From the NCBI GenBank assembly GCA_964618725.1, contig CAZUBK010000003.1, positions 81,018-145,017 on the forward strand: DNA of 64,000 nucleotides. Reading direction: 5' to 3'. The DNA is from an uncultured Pseudomonadales bacterium. GTDB taxonomy: Bacteria; Patescibacteriota; Microgenomatia; UBA1400; Chazhemtobacteraceae. The notes below the pieces were generated by a model. That model was not told the origin of the DNA. It did not search any database and was given only the letters and a program-made list of their open reading frames with translations. Position numbers and translations under genes: made by a program. The first letter of the stretch is position 1. Each line of letters starts with the position of its first letter. Positions 47,520 to 58,136 of the stretch are shown here, one piece after another.

Positions 47520-47921
47520 TCAATCAATTAACTTTCTTTCTTCTAACACTGTTCGTGTCAACAACATCGGCAGTAGTACGAATAAACTGAATAACAACCC
47601 CCAGAGAGATCGATTGGCTAGACTCAATCCCACAAAGGTCGACTCTATCCCTAAATACATCGGATGCCTGACTAAACTATATAGCCCACCTGTCACCCGC
47701 TTTTTCTTTCCCGGCAGTATCCCAAAAGCCGATCTCAAATACCAGTAACTTAGTCCCCACAACACTATTCCAACCAAAACTAATAACAAACTCATTCCTC
47801 TTACGATGTCAGAGACGATCAGTCCGCCTGACCTACTTATCAACCACAAATTGATTCCATATATCAACGGCACACAAAGCATCAGGTAGAACTCCCCTAT
47901 CTCTTTCAGATTAATTTTCAC
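47520..47921 (-). CDS. Isoprenylcysteine carboxyl methyltransferase / phospholipid methyltransferase-family membrane protein.
   Basis: The motif LVRHPMYLG is present. The protein is polytopic. Confidence 0.65.
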   Translation of the reverse strand: MKINLKEIGEFYLMLCVPLIYGINLWLISRSGGLIVSDIVRGMSLLLVLVGIVLWGLSYWYLRSAFGILPGKKKRVTGGLYSLVRHPMYLGIESTFVGLSLANRSLWGLLFSLFVLLPMLLTRTVLEERKLID

Positions 47922-47930
47922 TCTTTCAGT

Positions 47931-48977
47931 TTACCAACCCAAACAATTAAAGTACGCTCCCAGTTGACCTTCCTCAAGAAACCCTGGAAGCAGCCGCTTC
48001 TCGATTCCTCTCTTCTTCATCTCTTTTTTTATCTGAGACAAATACTCTCCCGCCTCTCGATAACCCAATCCGACATCCGTTTTCTCAAACCGCGTCATCT
48101 CTCCTAACCCATTTCTTTGATGTAAACATGGCTCTATTCTCACTTCAGGTTGAAAAAAAGGATATTTCAACTTTGTCCTCGATCCTGCCAAACTCACGCT
48201 TATCACCATTGCCTCCGGTGCAATTATCTTCGCTACTCCTACTGGTTCACTTCCAAAAGCCACCGCACCACCATCCCACAGACGATACCCCGCTAACCGA
48301 GTCGGAGTCATCCACAAAGGAACCGAACAAGATGCCTCCACCATTTGCCCCCAACTCGTTCCCTCAATCGGCGACCACTGCACCCGCAATCTTTGTTTCG
48401 GGAACTGCCCAATATCTACCATTGTTAACATCGTTGGTATTGGCTCTACTCCCAAACCTACTTCGTTTAAATTGCCGTCAATAAACTCTGCCAACAATCC
48501 AAGCGACCACAATCCCCCTTCTTTTACCCTTGCCATCGTTCGTATTCTCTCCCACCCCACATTCTCCGCCAATCTCTTTGCCTTTAGCCAGGACTGAAGT
48601 GATTCTACTCTCGACGCTGTTACAGCTCCAATTGCCCCTGCACTCGTCCCGACTACCATATCTATTGGTATCCCCGCCTCCAAAAGTGCTCCGATTACAC
48701 CTATATGTATCGGTGCCAACGCCCCACCACCCGACAAAACTAGGATTATTGCCTCCTTTCCTTTTCGCCTCACTTCCATTATTTCCTTCGGCAAATAATC
48801 CACTATATTTTCTCCCAATCTTAAAATCGTCTCAAACTCTCCCCCGTTTTTGTCAATTTCCTGAGGCCTAGCCGTCTCCCACCATACAAAGGTTCCCGTC
48901 AGAAGGCTCTCCGCCAATTTAAGAGATTCTATTCTCATTCTCAGGCTTAACTCCCGACACCCGTCCCTCTCCAACAT
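47931..48977 (-). CDS. Patatin-like phospholipase.
   Basis: The oxyanion loop VLSGGGALAPIHIG is present. The GxSxG motif is present as GTSAGAIGA. Confidence 0.8.
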   Translation of the reverse strand: MLERDGCRELSLRMRIESLKLAESLLTGTFVWWETARPQEIDKNGGEFETILRLGENIVDYLPKEIMEVRRKGKEAIILVLSGGGALAPIHIGVIGALLEAGIPIDMVVGTSAGAIGAVTASRVESLQSWLKAKRLAENVGWERIRTMARVKEGGLWSLGLLAEFIDGNLNEVGLGVEPIPTMLTMVDIGQFPKQRLRVQWSPIEGTSWGQMVEASCSVPLWMTPTRLAGYRLWDGGAVAFGSEPVGVAKIIAPEAMVISVSLAGSRTKLKYPFFQPEVRIEPCLHQRNGLGEMTRFEKTDVGLGYREAGEYLSQIKKEMKKRGIEKRLLPGFLEEGQLGAYFNCLGW

Positions 48978-49064
48978 CTTGACTCAGTATTTTAACATTA
49001 TTTTCTACTACCGTGATAAAATTATCCCACTTTCGTTCTTTAACTAGTTGCAAAGGCTCAAGAA

Positions 49065-49742
49065 ATGTCACCACTAAGGAGTGCCATCGTTTTACTTATT
49101 GTCATCACTCTCTTCGCTCTTGCTAGTTGTTCCCCTGTTTCAACCGATAGTTCAACAACTCCCTCTCTCTCCTCTCCCTCCTCCACCCCTCCACCTCTCT
49201 CTACTTTCTTCTACGCCCCACCACTACCCACTCCAACTCTTGCCCCATACTGGAGTGTCACAATCAAACCCCACTCCTTTAACTCATTTAAGTACTTCAC
49301 AATTGATAATCAGACCGACCTCCTCGTCTACTACAATCCACGTGACGATGGTCGACCAATCAATGAGTATCTCCTAGATCTCAACTTGTCTTCTGATACC
49401 ACGGATCAGTATTCATTCGTCTTTGTCCCAGACACAGACTTCAATCCTGCTTTAGAAAACATTCAGCATGTTCGCTTAAAGGAGCTCAACCCCAACCACT
49501 GGCAAATCAAGATCGCCATAGGCTTCTATCTTCATTCTCTCTCCACTGACCCCTCTTATGCTAACGGCGATTACATCGCCAGATCCTTAAGCTATCTTCT
49601 CATCGAAGGCTTAACCGAAATCGGTCTCGTCAAAGACATCTACACCATCGAACAGATCATCGATATCAGAGATGATTACTCTGGATTCACTCAGCACTAC
49701 TCCAACATGATTTATTTTGCACAACCCCAACTTTCTCACTAA
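49065..49742 (+). CDS. Hypothetical secreted protein with a Ser/Pro-rich N-terminal linker.
   Basis: A signal peptide (MSPLRSAIVLLIVITLFALASCS) with a lipobox-like ASC is present. A terminator follows the gene. Confidence 0.55.
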   Translation: MSPLRSAIVLLIVITLFALASCSPVSTDSSTTPSLSSPSSTPPPLSTFFYAPPLPTPTLAPYWSVTIKPHSFNSFKYFTIDNQTDLLVYYNPRDDGRPINEYLLDLNLSSDTTDQYSFVFVPDTDFNPALENIQHVRLKELNPNHWQIKIAIGFYLHSLSTDPSYANGDYIARSLSYLLIEGLTEIGLVKDIYTIEQIIDIRDDYSGFTQHYSNMIYFAQPQLSH

Positions 49743-49745
49743 TGC

Positions 49746-49785
49746 CAATAAGCACTCCCAAACAAGGAGTGCTTATTCTTTGAAC
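49746..49785 (+). terminator. Rho-independent terminator.
   Basis: There is an aataagcactcc-caaacaa-ggagtgcttatt hairpin with a 12-bp stem. It is followed by ctttgaa. Confidence 0.5.
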
Positions 49786-49860
49786 CTACGGTCTATCAAA
49801 AATCGCCCCATTTTCTTATAAGGCATTGACAACTCCACCCTAATTAATTAATTCTTAACT

Positions 49861-51825
49861 ATGGGAGCAGAACAAGACAAAGAGCGCCGGTCGCGCTTTC
49901 TTGAGGGTCTTCAAAAACACCAGAAAGAACAAGAAAGCAAGCAGTGGGAAGGAACCTTTTCTGAGTTCCTCGATTTAGTAGCTGAAAACCCATCAGTTAG
50001 CTGCACCGCCCACGAGTACCTTCGTGATAGTATCCTCCATTTTGGTGTTGAAAAATTGCCCAACGGTACCAAGCGATATGGTCTCTTCGAAAACGGCCCC
50101 TATGCCCTTTACGGCATCGAAGAAACACTCGAGGAAGTCGTTGACATGATTATCAAGGGCACCGAGAACGAAAAGGCCCGCGAATTAATTGGCCTTCTCG
50201 ATGGACCCCCCGGATCAGGTAAAAGCACCATCGCCGACGCCATTAAATGGGCCATGGAGCAGTATAGTCAAACGCAAGAAGGCGCTCGCTATGTCATCTC
50301 AACCTGTCCTCGATTTGACGACCCACTTTGGTTAGTTCCCGAAACCCTAAGACCCCAATTCCAACAGGAATTTGGCATTAGAATCGATGGTCGAGTTTGC
50401 CCAGATTGTCAACTCAAATATGGCGACAAACCCGACTGGACTGAAGAAAAAGGACTAGTCAAACGTATTTTCATCTCCGAAAAAGACCGCATTTGCATCG
50501 GTACCTTTTGGGCCACTGATCCTAAAACGCAAGATATCTCCGAGCTCCTCGGTACCGTCGATCTTACCGGTTACGCCGCACACGGTGTCACCACCCATCC
50601 CGATGCCTACAGTTTTGATGGGGAATTGAACCGAAGCAATCGCGGCTTCATGGAATTTGGTGAAATGTTCAGGGCCGACGAGGTTTTTCTCCGCCCGCTT
50701 CTCAATATCAGCGAACAAGAGCTAAAAGTGCCCAACTTCGCCAACCTTCATTATGACGCCTTCATCCTCGGTCATACCAACATCGAAAGTTACAAAAAAC
50801 GCCTCGTCAATGATAAAGAGGCCGAAGCACTTCGTCGCCGTCTTCGAGTCATCGATGTTCCCCTTAACAAAAAAGTCTCTGCCGAAATTAGAATCTATGA
50901 AAAACTAATTAAAGAAAAGGGTCAGATCACTAGTCGAGTCCACATCAATCCCCTTACCCTTCGTATCGCCGCCATCTGGACAGTTCTCACTCGTCTTAAA
51001 CCATCTCAGCTGCTAACCGATCCTCTCAACAAAATGAAGTTTTACGATGACCAACCCATCTCTCTAGCCGAATCTAACCGTCCTCCAACCATGGACGAAA
51101 TCAAGAAAGAAGCCGGTCGAGACGAGTGTATGAGTGGTATCCCGCCGACATATACCGTCATCAGTCTTGTCGACGCAATGATCAAAGATGACCGCCACTG
51201 CCTTAACCCCTATGACGCCCTTACTGCTCTTAAAAACAATCTCGATCACAACACCGACACCAAGGAAATGCCTGCCAAGGAACGTGAACACGTCCTCAAC
51301 ATGATCGCCTATGCCGAACGTGAATACAATGCCACCATTAAGCGAGAAGTCCAAGCTGCTTTCGTCTATTCTTTTGAAGAATCCGCCCAAGCTCTTTTTG
51401 ACAAATATATGCAACACGTTGAGGCATATATCCAAAAAAGAAATCTTACCGATCCCTTAACTGGTCGTGACCTCTCTCCAGATGAAAAGTTCATGAGAAG
51501 CCTTGAAGAACGCATCGGTATCGTCGAAAACGCCAAGAAAGAAAAGCGTCTCACTTTCCTTGCCGAACGAGGCATGGTTACCATTGATCGCGATCGTTAT
51601 ACTTCCTACCCCCGTCTTCGTGAAGCTATCGAAGCCAAGCTTTTTGCTGATATGCGCGATTATATTCAAGTCGCCACTAGTGTCACCACTCCCAACGAAG
51701 AACAACTCAAACGTATCAACACCGTCGCCGCTACTCTGATTGAAGAACACGGCTTCTGCTCCGAATGCGCCAATCACGCCATCCGTTACGTCGGAGACCT
51801 CCTCAGCAAGGAGAACTCTAAATAA
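49861..51825 (+). CDS. prkA: PrkA-family serine protein kinase with an AAA-type ATPase domain.
   Basis: The Walker A motif LLDGPPGSGKSTIADAI is present. The protein is 654 aa, with PrkA-type N-terminal and C-terminal domains. Confidence 0.9.
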   Translation: MGAEQDKERRSRFLEGLQKHQKEQESKQWEGTFSEFLDLVAENPSVSCTAHEYLRDSILHFGVEKLPNGTKRYGLFENGPYALYGIEETLEEVVDMIIKGTENEKARELIGLLDGPPGSGKSTIADAIKWAMEQYSQTQEGARYVISTCPRFDDPLWLVPETLRPQFQQEFGIRIDGRVCPDCQLKYGDKPDWTEEKGLVKRIFISEKDRICIGTFWATDPKTQDISELLGTVDLTGYAAHGVTTHPDAYSFDGELNRSNRGFMEFGEMFRADEVFLRPLLNISEQELKVPNFANLHYDAFILGHTNIESYKKRLVNDKEAEALRRRLRVIDVPLNKKVSAEIRIYEKLIKEKGQITSRVHINPLTLRIAAIWTVLTRLKPSQLLTDPLNKMKFYDDQPISLAESNRPPTMDEIKKEAGRDECMSGIPPTYTVISLVDAMIKDDRHCLNPYDALTALKNNLDHNTDTKEMPAKEREHVLNMIAYAEREYNATIKREVQAAFVYSFEESAQALFDKYMQHVEAYIQKRNLTDPLTGRDLSPDEKFMRSLEERIGIVENAKKEKRLTFLAERGMVTIDRDRYTSYPRLREAIEAKLFADMRDYIQVATSVTTPNEEQLKRINTVAATLIEEHGFCSECANHAIRYVGDLLSKENSK

Positions 51826-51826
51826 T

Positions 51827-52990
51827 ATGTCTTCAAAAGAAGTCGGATCTTTTTCCATCTCCCGTAAAGACTGGAGTCTTCATCGCAAGGCTCCAATTGA
51901 CGTCTCCCGGCATGACGAAAAAATCAAAGAAGTCATCCGCGAGAATCTCCCTGACATTATTGGTGACTACGACATCATTACCTCCGATCCCGACACCAAA
52001 CAAATTGTTCGCATCCCCATGCGAACCCTGGAGCTACCTCGAATCCGTTATGGCGACCCAACCAAGGGTATTGGTAGTGGAGAAGGCAAAAAGCCCGGCG
52101 ATATTTTAGGTCAAATCCCCAAAAAAGGTGAAGGCAACGAACCCGGCGCTGGTGACCAACCCGGAGAAGAAGGCTATTACGAAGTCGAGTACGATATCCT
52201 TGAGTTAGCCTTCGAAGAGTTAGGCCTCCCTTATCTTAAACCCAAACAAACCGCTGATCTAGAACAAGTCGATATCATCTACGACCGACTTCGCAAGAAA
52301 AAGCAGCTCACTAACATTGACATCACCAGAACTGTTTTAGAAAACATGAAACGCAACGCCAAACAAAAGGGACAAGTAGTTTTTGGTGATCTCAAACTCG
52401 ACGATCTGGTAAATCGCGACAGCCGTGAAAAACCTCACCCCAGCACAAACGCCCTCCTCATTCTCATGGCCGACAACTCCGGTTCAATTGGTAAGAACGA
52501 ACAATACATTATTCGTATTACCTGTCGTTGGATCCTCGGCTTACTCCGTCGCCGTTACCAACAGGTCGAGGTCCTTCTTATCAATCATACGTCTGATGCC
52601 CGTGAGGTTGACGAAAAAGCTTTTTTTAGCCAAAACGCCTCTGGAGGTACCATCTGTTCTTCTGCCAACGAACTTGCTCTGAAAATAATCCATGACCGTT
52701 TTCCCGTTTCCCAATACAACATCTATCCACTTCACTTTTCCGATGGTGATAATCTTAGCTCCGACAATGATCACTGCGTCAACACCGTCAAGGCCCTCCT
52801 CGAACTTGGAGTCAACCAATACGCCTATTTTCAAATCGGTCGAAACAATTATGGTATGTTTTCCTCCAATCTATATGACATTTACAAGAAAAAAATCCAG
52901 CACGAACGCTTTCACGCTCTCTCAACCCCCGACAAAAAGGATATCTATCCCGCCCTTCAAGAAATATTTAACGCTGAATTGAATGAATAA
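51827..52990 (+). CDS. yhbH: YeaH/YhbH (DUF444) vWA-domain protein.
   Basis: MSSKEVGSFSISRKDWSLHRKAP matches the family N-terminus. A vWA-like MIDAS region (LILMADNSGS) is present. The likely start is the ATG at 51827, rather than the listed 51740, which overlaps prkA. Confidence 0.8.
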   Translation: MSSKEVGSFSISRKDWSLHRKAPIDVSRHDEKIKEVIRENLPDIIGDYDIITSDPDTKQIVRIPMRTLELPRIRYGDPTKGIGSGEGKKPGDILGQIPKKGEGNEPGAGDQPGEEGYYEVEYDILELAFEELGLPYLKPKQTADLEQVDIIYDRLRKKKQLTNIDITRTVLENMKRNAKQKGQVVFGDLKLDDLVNRDSREKPHPSTNALLILMADNSGSIGKNEQYIIRITCRWILGLLRRRYQQVEVLLINHTSDAREVDEKAFFSQNASGGTICSSANELALKIIHDRFPVSQYNIYPLHFSDGDNLSSDNDHCVNTVKALLELGVNQYAYFQIGRNNYGMFSSNLYDIYKKKIQHERFHALSTPDKKDIYPALQEIFNAELNE

Positions 52991-54455
52991 AGAACTACTT
53001 CAGCTACCCGAAGGACACAGACATCCTCTTTCACTTGAACAAGGACTTACCCACATCTATGAAATAGGTGCGGAGTTTCAACTCGACCCCTTCCCCACCC
53101 ATTTTGAAGTCGTCCCTTCTCACATTCTCTACGAGTTCGCTGCCTATACCATTCCCAATCGCCCTCATCACTGGACTCACGGTCGCACCTATCAAATTCT
53201 CAAATCCCAGTACGACCACGGTCTCTCCCGAATTTATGAAATGGTCGTCAACAGTAATCCCGCCTTCGCCCTCCTCCTGGAAAACAATCCCGACACTGCC
53301 AACATTCTTGTCTGTGCCCACGTCAGCGGCCACGTTGACTTCTTTAAACACAATTTTCTCTTCAAACAAACTGATCGCGACATGCCCCATCTCTCTTCCC
53401 TTCGCTCCGACCGGATTCAAATTTATGAAAGCCAGCACGGAAGTCTTCAAGTCGAGAGATTCTTAGACGATGTCCTCACTCTTGCCGACCATGTCGATCC
53501 TCAAACCCCTTTCCGCCTCTCCAAAGAAGAACAGTTGACCTTATGGAGAGAGGAATTAAAAAAAACACCTCTTCCGCGACCTCCTCTTCAAATTCCGTTT
53601 CGTGAAGACAAAGATATCTTGGGCTTTCTCCATGACTTCTCCCCTGATCTGGAGGAGTGGCAAAGAGATATCCTCGATATCGTCAGGCTTGAATCCATCT
53701 ACTTCTATCCCCAAAAACGCACCAAGATAATGAACGAAGGTTGGGCCAGCCTTTGGCACAAAAACATCATGTTGGAACTAAACCGTCGTAACCTCATCTC
53801 CGCCTCTCAACACGAAGACTGGACTGATCTCCATTCACCCATCGTCTCTCCACGAGAACAAGGACTCAATCCCTATTGGTTCGGACTAGTGATGTGGGAG
53901 TATCTCATCGACTACTTTAACGGCAATCTTACCCCTAATGAAAACAATTGGCTAAAAGACAATCGTTGGCCCATTTATCCTCGCTTCGAAGGCCCCCTTC
54001 GCTACTCTCCCGCGATTCCCAAAATTCGTGACATCATGATGACCAACGACGACCAAAGTTTCATCTTTAACTACTATAATTCCATCTCTCACAACCGCAT
54101 GAATAACTATCTCTACGACACTCATGATATGGGTGATAAGGATCTGATCTATGTCAGCACGACGCAGTGGCAGGACGTCCGCGAATACCTAATTAACAGT
54201 CTTACTAACTGCGGTGACCCCTATCTAGTCGTCACCGACGCCAACTATAATGATAATGGACAACTTCTCATCGAGCATCGCTTTGACGGCACCTATCTTG
54301 ATATCGACTACCTAGAAAAAACCCTTCCCTACCTCTACAAGCTCTGGGCCCCCATCAGTCAGCGCGACGTCCATATCAAGACCATGTTGCCCGGAAGGAA
54401 TGGTCCAGAAGAAGTCATCTACGGCTATGATGGCGATGACGTCTATTATGACTAA
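52983..54455 (+). CDS. spoVR: SpoVR/YcgB-family protein.
   Basis: The 490-aa protein follows prkA and yhbH. It overlaps yhbH by 8 bp. Confidence 0.8.
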   Translation: MNKELLQLPEGHRHPLSLEQGLTHIYEIGAEFQLDPFPTHFEVVPSHILYEFAAYTIPNRPHHWTHGRTYQILKSQYDHGLSRIYEMVVNSNPAFALLLENNPDTANILVCAHVSGHVDFFKHNFLFKQTDRDMPHLSSLRSDRIQIYESQHGSLQVERFLDDVLTLADHVDPQTPFRLSKEEQLTLWREELKKTPLPRPPLQIPFREDKDILGFLHDFSPDLEEWQRDILDIVRLESIYFYPQKRTKIMNEGWASLWHKNIMLELNRRNLISASQHEDWTDLHSPIVSPREQGLNPYWFGLVMWEYLIDYFNGNLTPNENNWLKDNRWPIYPRFEGPLRYSPAIPKIRDIMMTNDDQSFIFNYYNSISHNRMNNYLYDTHDMGDKDLIYVSTTQWQDVREYLINSLTNCGDPYLVVTDANYNDNGQLLIEHRFDGTYLDIDYLEKTLPYLYKLWAPISQRDVHIKTMLPGRNGPEEVIYGYDGDDVYYD

Positions 54456-54469
54456 ATCCCACTTTCTCC

Positions 54470-55756
54470 CTATTCTGTCTTAAACTGTTCTTCTTCTGTC
54501 GACCCCTTCAAGGCCGTCGTTGAAGACCGCCCCTTACTAACAGCCATGCTGATTCGGTCAAAGTACCCCGCTCCCACCTCTCGTTGATGCTTTGTTGCGG
54601 TGTACCCGTTTTCTTCTGCTGCAAATTCTGCATCTTGAACCTCCTCTATATACGCCGCCATCCCTCTCTCCTGATATGCCAAAGCTTCATTAAAGCTATG
54701 TAAGTTGTTACTGTGCCACTCCCACAGCGTTACAAAATTGAACTTGTACCCCATCTTTCCCAACTCTTCCTGAAATCCCAATATTTCATCAATGCTCATG
54801 TACTTTCTCCAATTAAATGACGGGCTACAGTTATATGCCAGCTTCTTTCCCGGAAACTGCTCATGGATTGCCTCTGCAAACTTCCGTGCCTCTTCCAAAT
54901 TAGGCGTTTTTGTCTCACACCACACCATATCGGCATATGGAGCATAAGCCAGCCCCCTCGCAATCGCTGACGTAAGCCCATTGCGAACCAGATAGTAACC
55001 TTCTTCAGTACGTTCTCCGGTAATGAATGGCAGGTCATATGGATCAATATCAGAAGTCAGTAATGTTGCTGATTCTGCATCGGTCCTCGCTACTAAAATC
55101 GTCGAAGTTCCCATCACGTCCGCCGCCAATCTAGCTGCGCGAAGTGTCTTAACAAACTGCGAAGTAGGAACCAACACCTTACCCCCCAAATGACCGCATT
55201 TTTTCTCCGCTGCCAACTGATCTTCAAAATGCACTCCTGAGGCGCCTCCCTCAATCATTGCTTTCATCAACTCATATGCTTGTAAAGGTCCTCCAAAGCC
55301 CGCCTCTGCATCAGCCACAATCGGCACCAGCCAATCTCGACTCACCTCTCCTTTTTCCTCCCATTCAATTTCATCCGCCCTTCGCAATGCCTTGTTCAAT
55401 CTGTTCACCACCTCTGGTACACTATTTGCCGGATATAAGCTTTGATCTGGATATGTCTGACCAGCCAAGTTTGCATCAGCAGCCGTTTGCCAACCGGATA
55501 AATAAATTGCTCTCATTCCTGCTCGCACCATTTGTACTGCCCTTGACCCCGTGTATGTCCCAAAAGTAAACACATACCCATCTTCATTCAACATCTGCCA
55601 TAGTTTTTCTGCCCCCGCTTTTGCCACTGAATACTCAATCTCCTTCGATCCCCTCAAAGCAACTACATCCTCAACCAAATAATCCCTCGTGGTATTTTTC
55701 CATCGATCACTTTCCCATTGATTACTAATCATCTCAATCATTTCCAATTTGTTCAT
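54470..55756 (-). CDS. aceA: Isocitrate lyase.
   Basis: The catalytic signature KKCGHLGGKVLVP is present. The length is 428 aa. Confidence 0.9.
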   Translation of the reverse strand: MNKLEMIEMISNQWESDRWKNTTRDYLVEDVVALRGSKEIEYSVAKAGAEKLWQMLNEDGYVFTFGTYTGSRAVQMVRAGMRAIYLSGWQTAADANLAGQTYPDQSLYPANSVPEVVNRLNKALRRADEIEWEEKGEVSRDWLVPIVADAEAGFGGPLQAYELMKAMIEGGASGVHFEDQLAAEKKCGHLGGKVLVPTSQFVKTLRAARLAADVMGTSTILVARTDAESATLLTSDIDPYDLPFITGERTEEGYYLVRNGLTSAIARGLAYAPYADMVWCETKTPNLEEARKFAEAIHEQFPGKKLAYNCSPSFNWRKYMSIDEILGFQEELGKMGYKFNFVTLWEWHSNNLHSFNEALAYQERGMAAYIEEVQDAEFAAEENGYTATKHQREVGAGYFDRISMAVSKGRSSTTALKGSTEEEQFKTE

Positions 55757-57422
55757 CTTCTTTCTTACGTAAATAGTAATAGGCTGGTAACGTCAGAAAC
55801 TCTTCCAAGCTCTCCTTCATCGTTAGGTTGTAGAAAATCTCCACTGCCTCCAAGAGCTCCCCTCTCTCCCCTTTTTCCTCTATCAACCTATCTACTTCCT
55901 CTTCGAATATGTTTTCAAATAAGTCTCGCTCCATCTTCCGCCCATCTGCCAAAGTCGCTCCGTGCCTTAACCACTGCCACAACTGTACCCGACAAATCTC
56001 TGCCGTTGCCGCATCCTCCATCAAGTTGTACAATGGCACACAGCCGTTCCCAGACAACCACGACTCTAAATATAGGAGTCCCACATTTATATTTCTTCTT
56101 ATCCCCGCTTCTGTTACCCTTCCCTTATCCATCTGCAACAGTTCCTTCTCAATAACAACATTCTGTCCTCTTCTCTCAATTTGATTTGGTTTCCCATCTA
56201 ATCCCTTTTCAAAGATCTCTTTGGCTAATACCACCAATCCTGGATGGGCTACCCAAGTCCCATCAAGACCCAAGGCTACTTCCCTTCTCTTGTCTTCCCT
56301 CACCTTCTCCATCGCCATTTCATTTGCTTGAAAATCACCCTTAATCGGAATCTGTGCTGCCATCCCCCCCATCGCGTGCGCTCCCCGCCGGTGACAGACC
56401 TCTATTAGTTTTCGCACATAGGCCTCCATAAAGGAGGCCTTCATTGTTACCTCACTTCTATCCGGTAACACCATTTCCGAATTATTTCTAAACGTCTTAA
56501 TCAACGAGAAAATATAGTCCCACCTGCCACAATTAAGCCCAAGACTGTGCTCTCTCAATTCCCACAAGATCTCATCCATCTCAAACGCCGCCAACACGTG
56601 TTCTATTAACACCGTCGCTTTAATCACCCCCCTCTCCGTCTCCAACCGATCCTCTGTCCACTTGAAGATATCGTTCCACAACCTCGCTTCGTCATGGCTT
56701 TGAAGTTTGGGAAGATAAAAATAGGCTCCTCTTTCACTCTCCACCAACTCTCGCCCATTCAAAAGCATGTACAAACCGAAATCAAACAACGTTGCCCTCA
56801 TCGGCCGCCCTTCCATCCAAACATGATCCTCAATCATGTGCCACCCCCTTGGCCTCACCATCAATACAACCGTCTTCTCATTCAATCGATATTCCTTGCC
56901 CTCTGGACTAACATACTCAATCTCCCTCCTGATCGCATCCATCAAGTTAATCTGGCCGTTCACCACATTCTCCCAAGTAGGCGAAAGACTATCCTCAAAG
57001 TCCGCCATAAATACATTTGCCCCACTATTTAGGCCATTGATTATCATTTTCCGATCTACCGGCCCCGTTACCTCCACCCGTCGATCTCTTAAGTCATCTG
57101 GTGCCTCTGCTATCTGCCACTCACCCTCCCGTATCCATCTTGTCTCCTCCAAAAAAGAGGGGACTGCCCCTCCATCAATTTCTCGCTGTTTTTGTACCCG
57201 TTTCAATAACAGTTCATTTACCCTGGGACCAAACACTTTCTCCATCTCCACTACAAATTCAATCGCCTCTGAAGTTAACACCTCCTCAAATCGCTCACCC
57301 CACTTACCTCTCATCTCTACCCCCTTGGCCGCAAACCCCCTTCTCAATTCCTCATCATTTCCCCTCCTTGGTGCCTGTTCCTTTCGATCTGCCATATTCC
57401 CCTTTTTAAGAGTTCTCTCCAC
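55734..57422 (-). CDS. aceB: Malate synthase A.
   Basis: The 562-aa protein shows malate-synthase-A family similarity. Its stop overlaps the aceA start by 23 bp. Confidence 0.85.
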   Translation of the reverse strand: MERTLKKGNMADRKEQAPRRGNDEELRRGFAAKGVEMRGKWGERFEEVLTSEAIEFVVEMEKVFGPRVNELLLKRVQKQREIDGGAVPSFLEETRWIREGEWQIAEAPDDLRDRRVEVTGPVDRKMIINGLNSGANVFMADFEDSLSPTWENVVNGQINLMDAIRREIEYVSPEGKEYRLNEKTVVLMVRPRGWHMIEDHVWMEGRPMRATLFDFGLYMLLNGRELVESERGAYFYLPKLQSHDEARLWNDIFKWTEDRLETERGVIKATVLIEHVLAAFEMDEILWELREHSLGLNCGRWDYIFSLIKTFRNNSEMVLPDRSEVTMKASFMEAYVRKLIEVCHRRGAHAMGGMAAQIPIKGDFQANEMAMEKVREDKRREVALGLDGTWVAHPGLVVLAKEIFEKGLDGKPNQIERRGQNVVIEKELLQMDKGRVTEAGIRRNINVGLLYLESWLSGNGCVPLYNLMEDAATAEICRVQLWQWLRHGATLADGRKMERDLFENIFEEEVDRLIEEKGERGELLEAVEIFYNLTMKESLEEFLTLPAYYYLRKKEDEQIGND

Positions 57423-57518
57423 CCTATCAATCTTCTAAAACTCATGTCAACTACCATTTTAGTCTGAGTTCAATCTCGTAATATTTACTTTTGATCTCTC
57501 AACTTCTACACTTAACCC

Positions 57519-58136
57519 ATGCCCAATATCGATCCTCCATTGGTTGATCTTAAGGTCAATAATCCCGTCACCTACCTTAAAAAATGGTGGGCTAAAATCA
57601 TCGGCAATGAAGGTATCGACTTCCGTCTTCACTTTCATCCTCTCACCGCCATCGCTATGGCACTCGCCATCGCCAGTGTCGGCTTTGGCGTTGGCCGCTT
57701 CGTCTTCCCCTTCTCTGTCCCATTCTTTAAGTATGTCGAAGATCCTGTAAGGGTCGAAGATCCTGTAAGGGTCGAAGATCCTGTAAGGGTCGAAGATCCT
57801 GTACCAGTCTCCTCTACTGACATTCTCAAAGACACCGCCTTCGTCGGCACCCTTCACTACTCCGACACAACAAAAAAGTACTACCTCGTCACCACCTCTT
57901 CCGAAGCCATCACTCTACAAATCCCCAATAATATTGATCTTGAACCCCTCATCAGTAAACGCATCCTCGCCGCCGGACAATATAATAAAACGAAACGACT
58001 ACTAGAAGTCGACGACGCCAAAGATATGGAAGTCCTTCCCAAGAAACCTTCTCCTGTTCCCACCGCTGCCCCCACACCAACCCCCACTACCACTCCCGTT
58101 CCTACCGAGACAATCCCCTCTGGGTCTTCTCTCTAA
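57519..58136 (+). CDS. Hypothetical membrane-anchored protein with tandem DPVRVE peptide repeats and a Pro/Thr-rich C-terminus.
   Basis: A TM helix is present. The repeat EDPVRVEDPVRVEDPVRVEDPV is present. A PTPTPTTTPVPT tail is present. Confidence 0.5.
   Translation: MPNIDPPLVDLKVNNPVTYLKKWWAKIIGNEGIDFRLHFHPLTAIAMALAIASVGFGVGRFVFPFSVPFFKYVEDPVRVEDPVRVEDPVRVEDPVPVSSTDILKDTAFVGTLHYSDTTKKYYLVTTSSEAITLQIPNNIDLEPLISKRILAAGQYNKTKRLLEVDDAKDMEVLPKKPSPVPTAAPTPTPTTTPVPTETIPSGSSL
57735..57803 (+). repeat. Perfect 18-bp tandem repeat, about 3.8 copies.
   Basis: gtcgaagatcctgtaagg occurs three times, followed by a partial copy. Confidence 0.85.
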
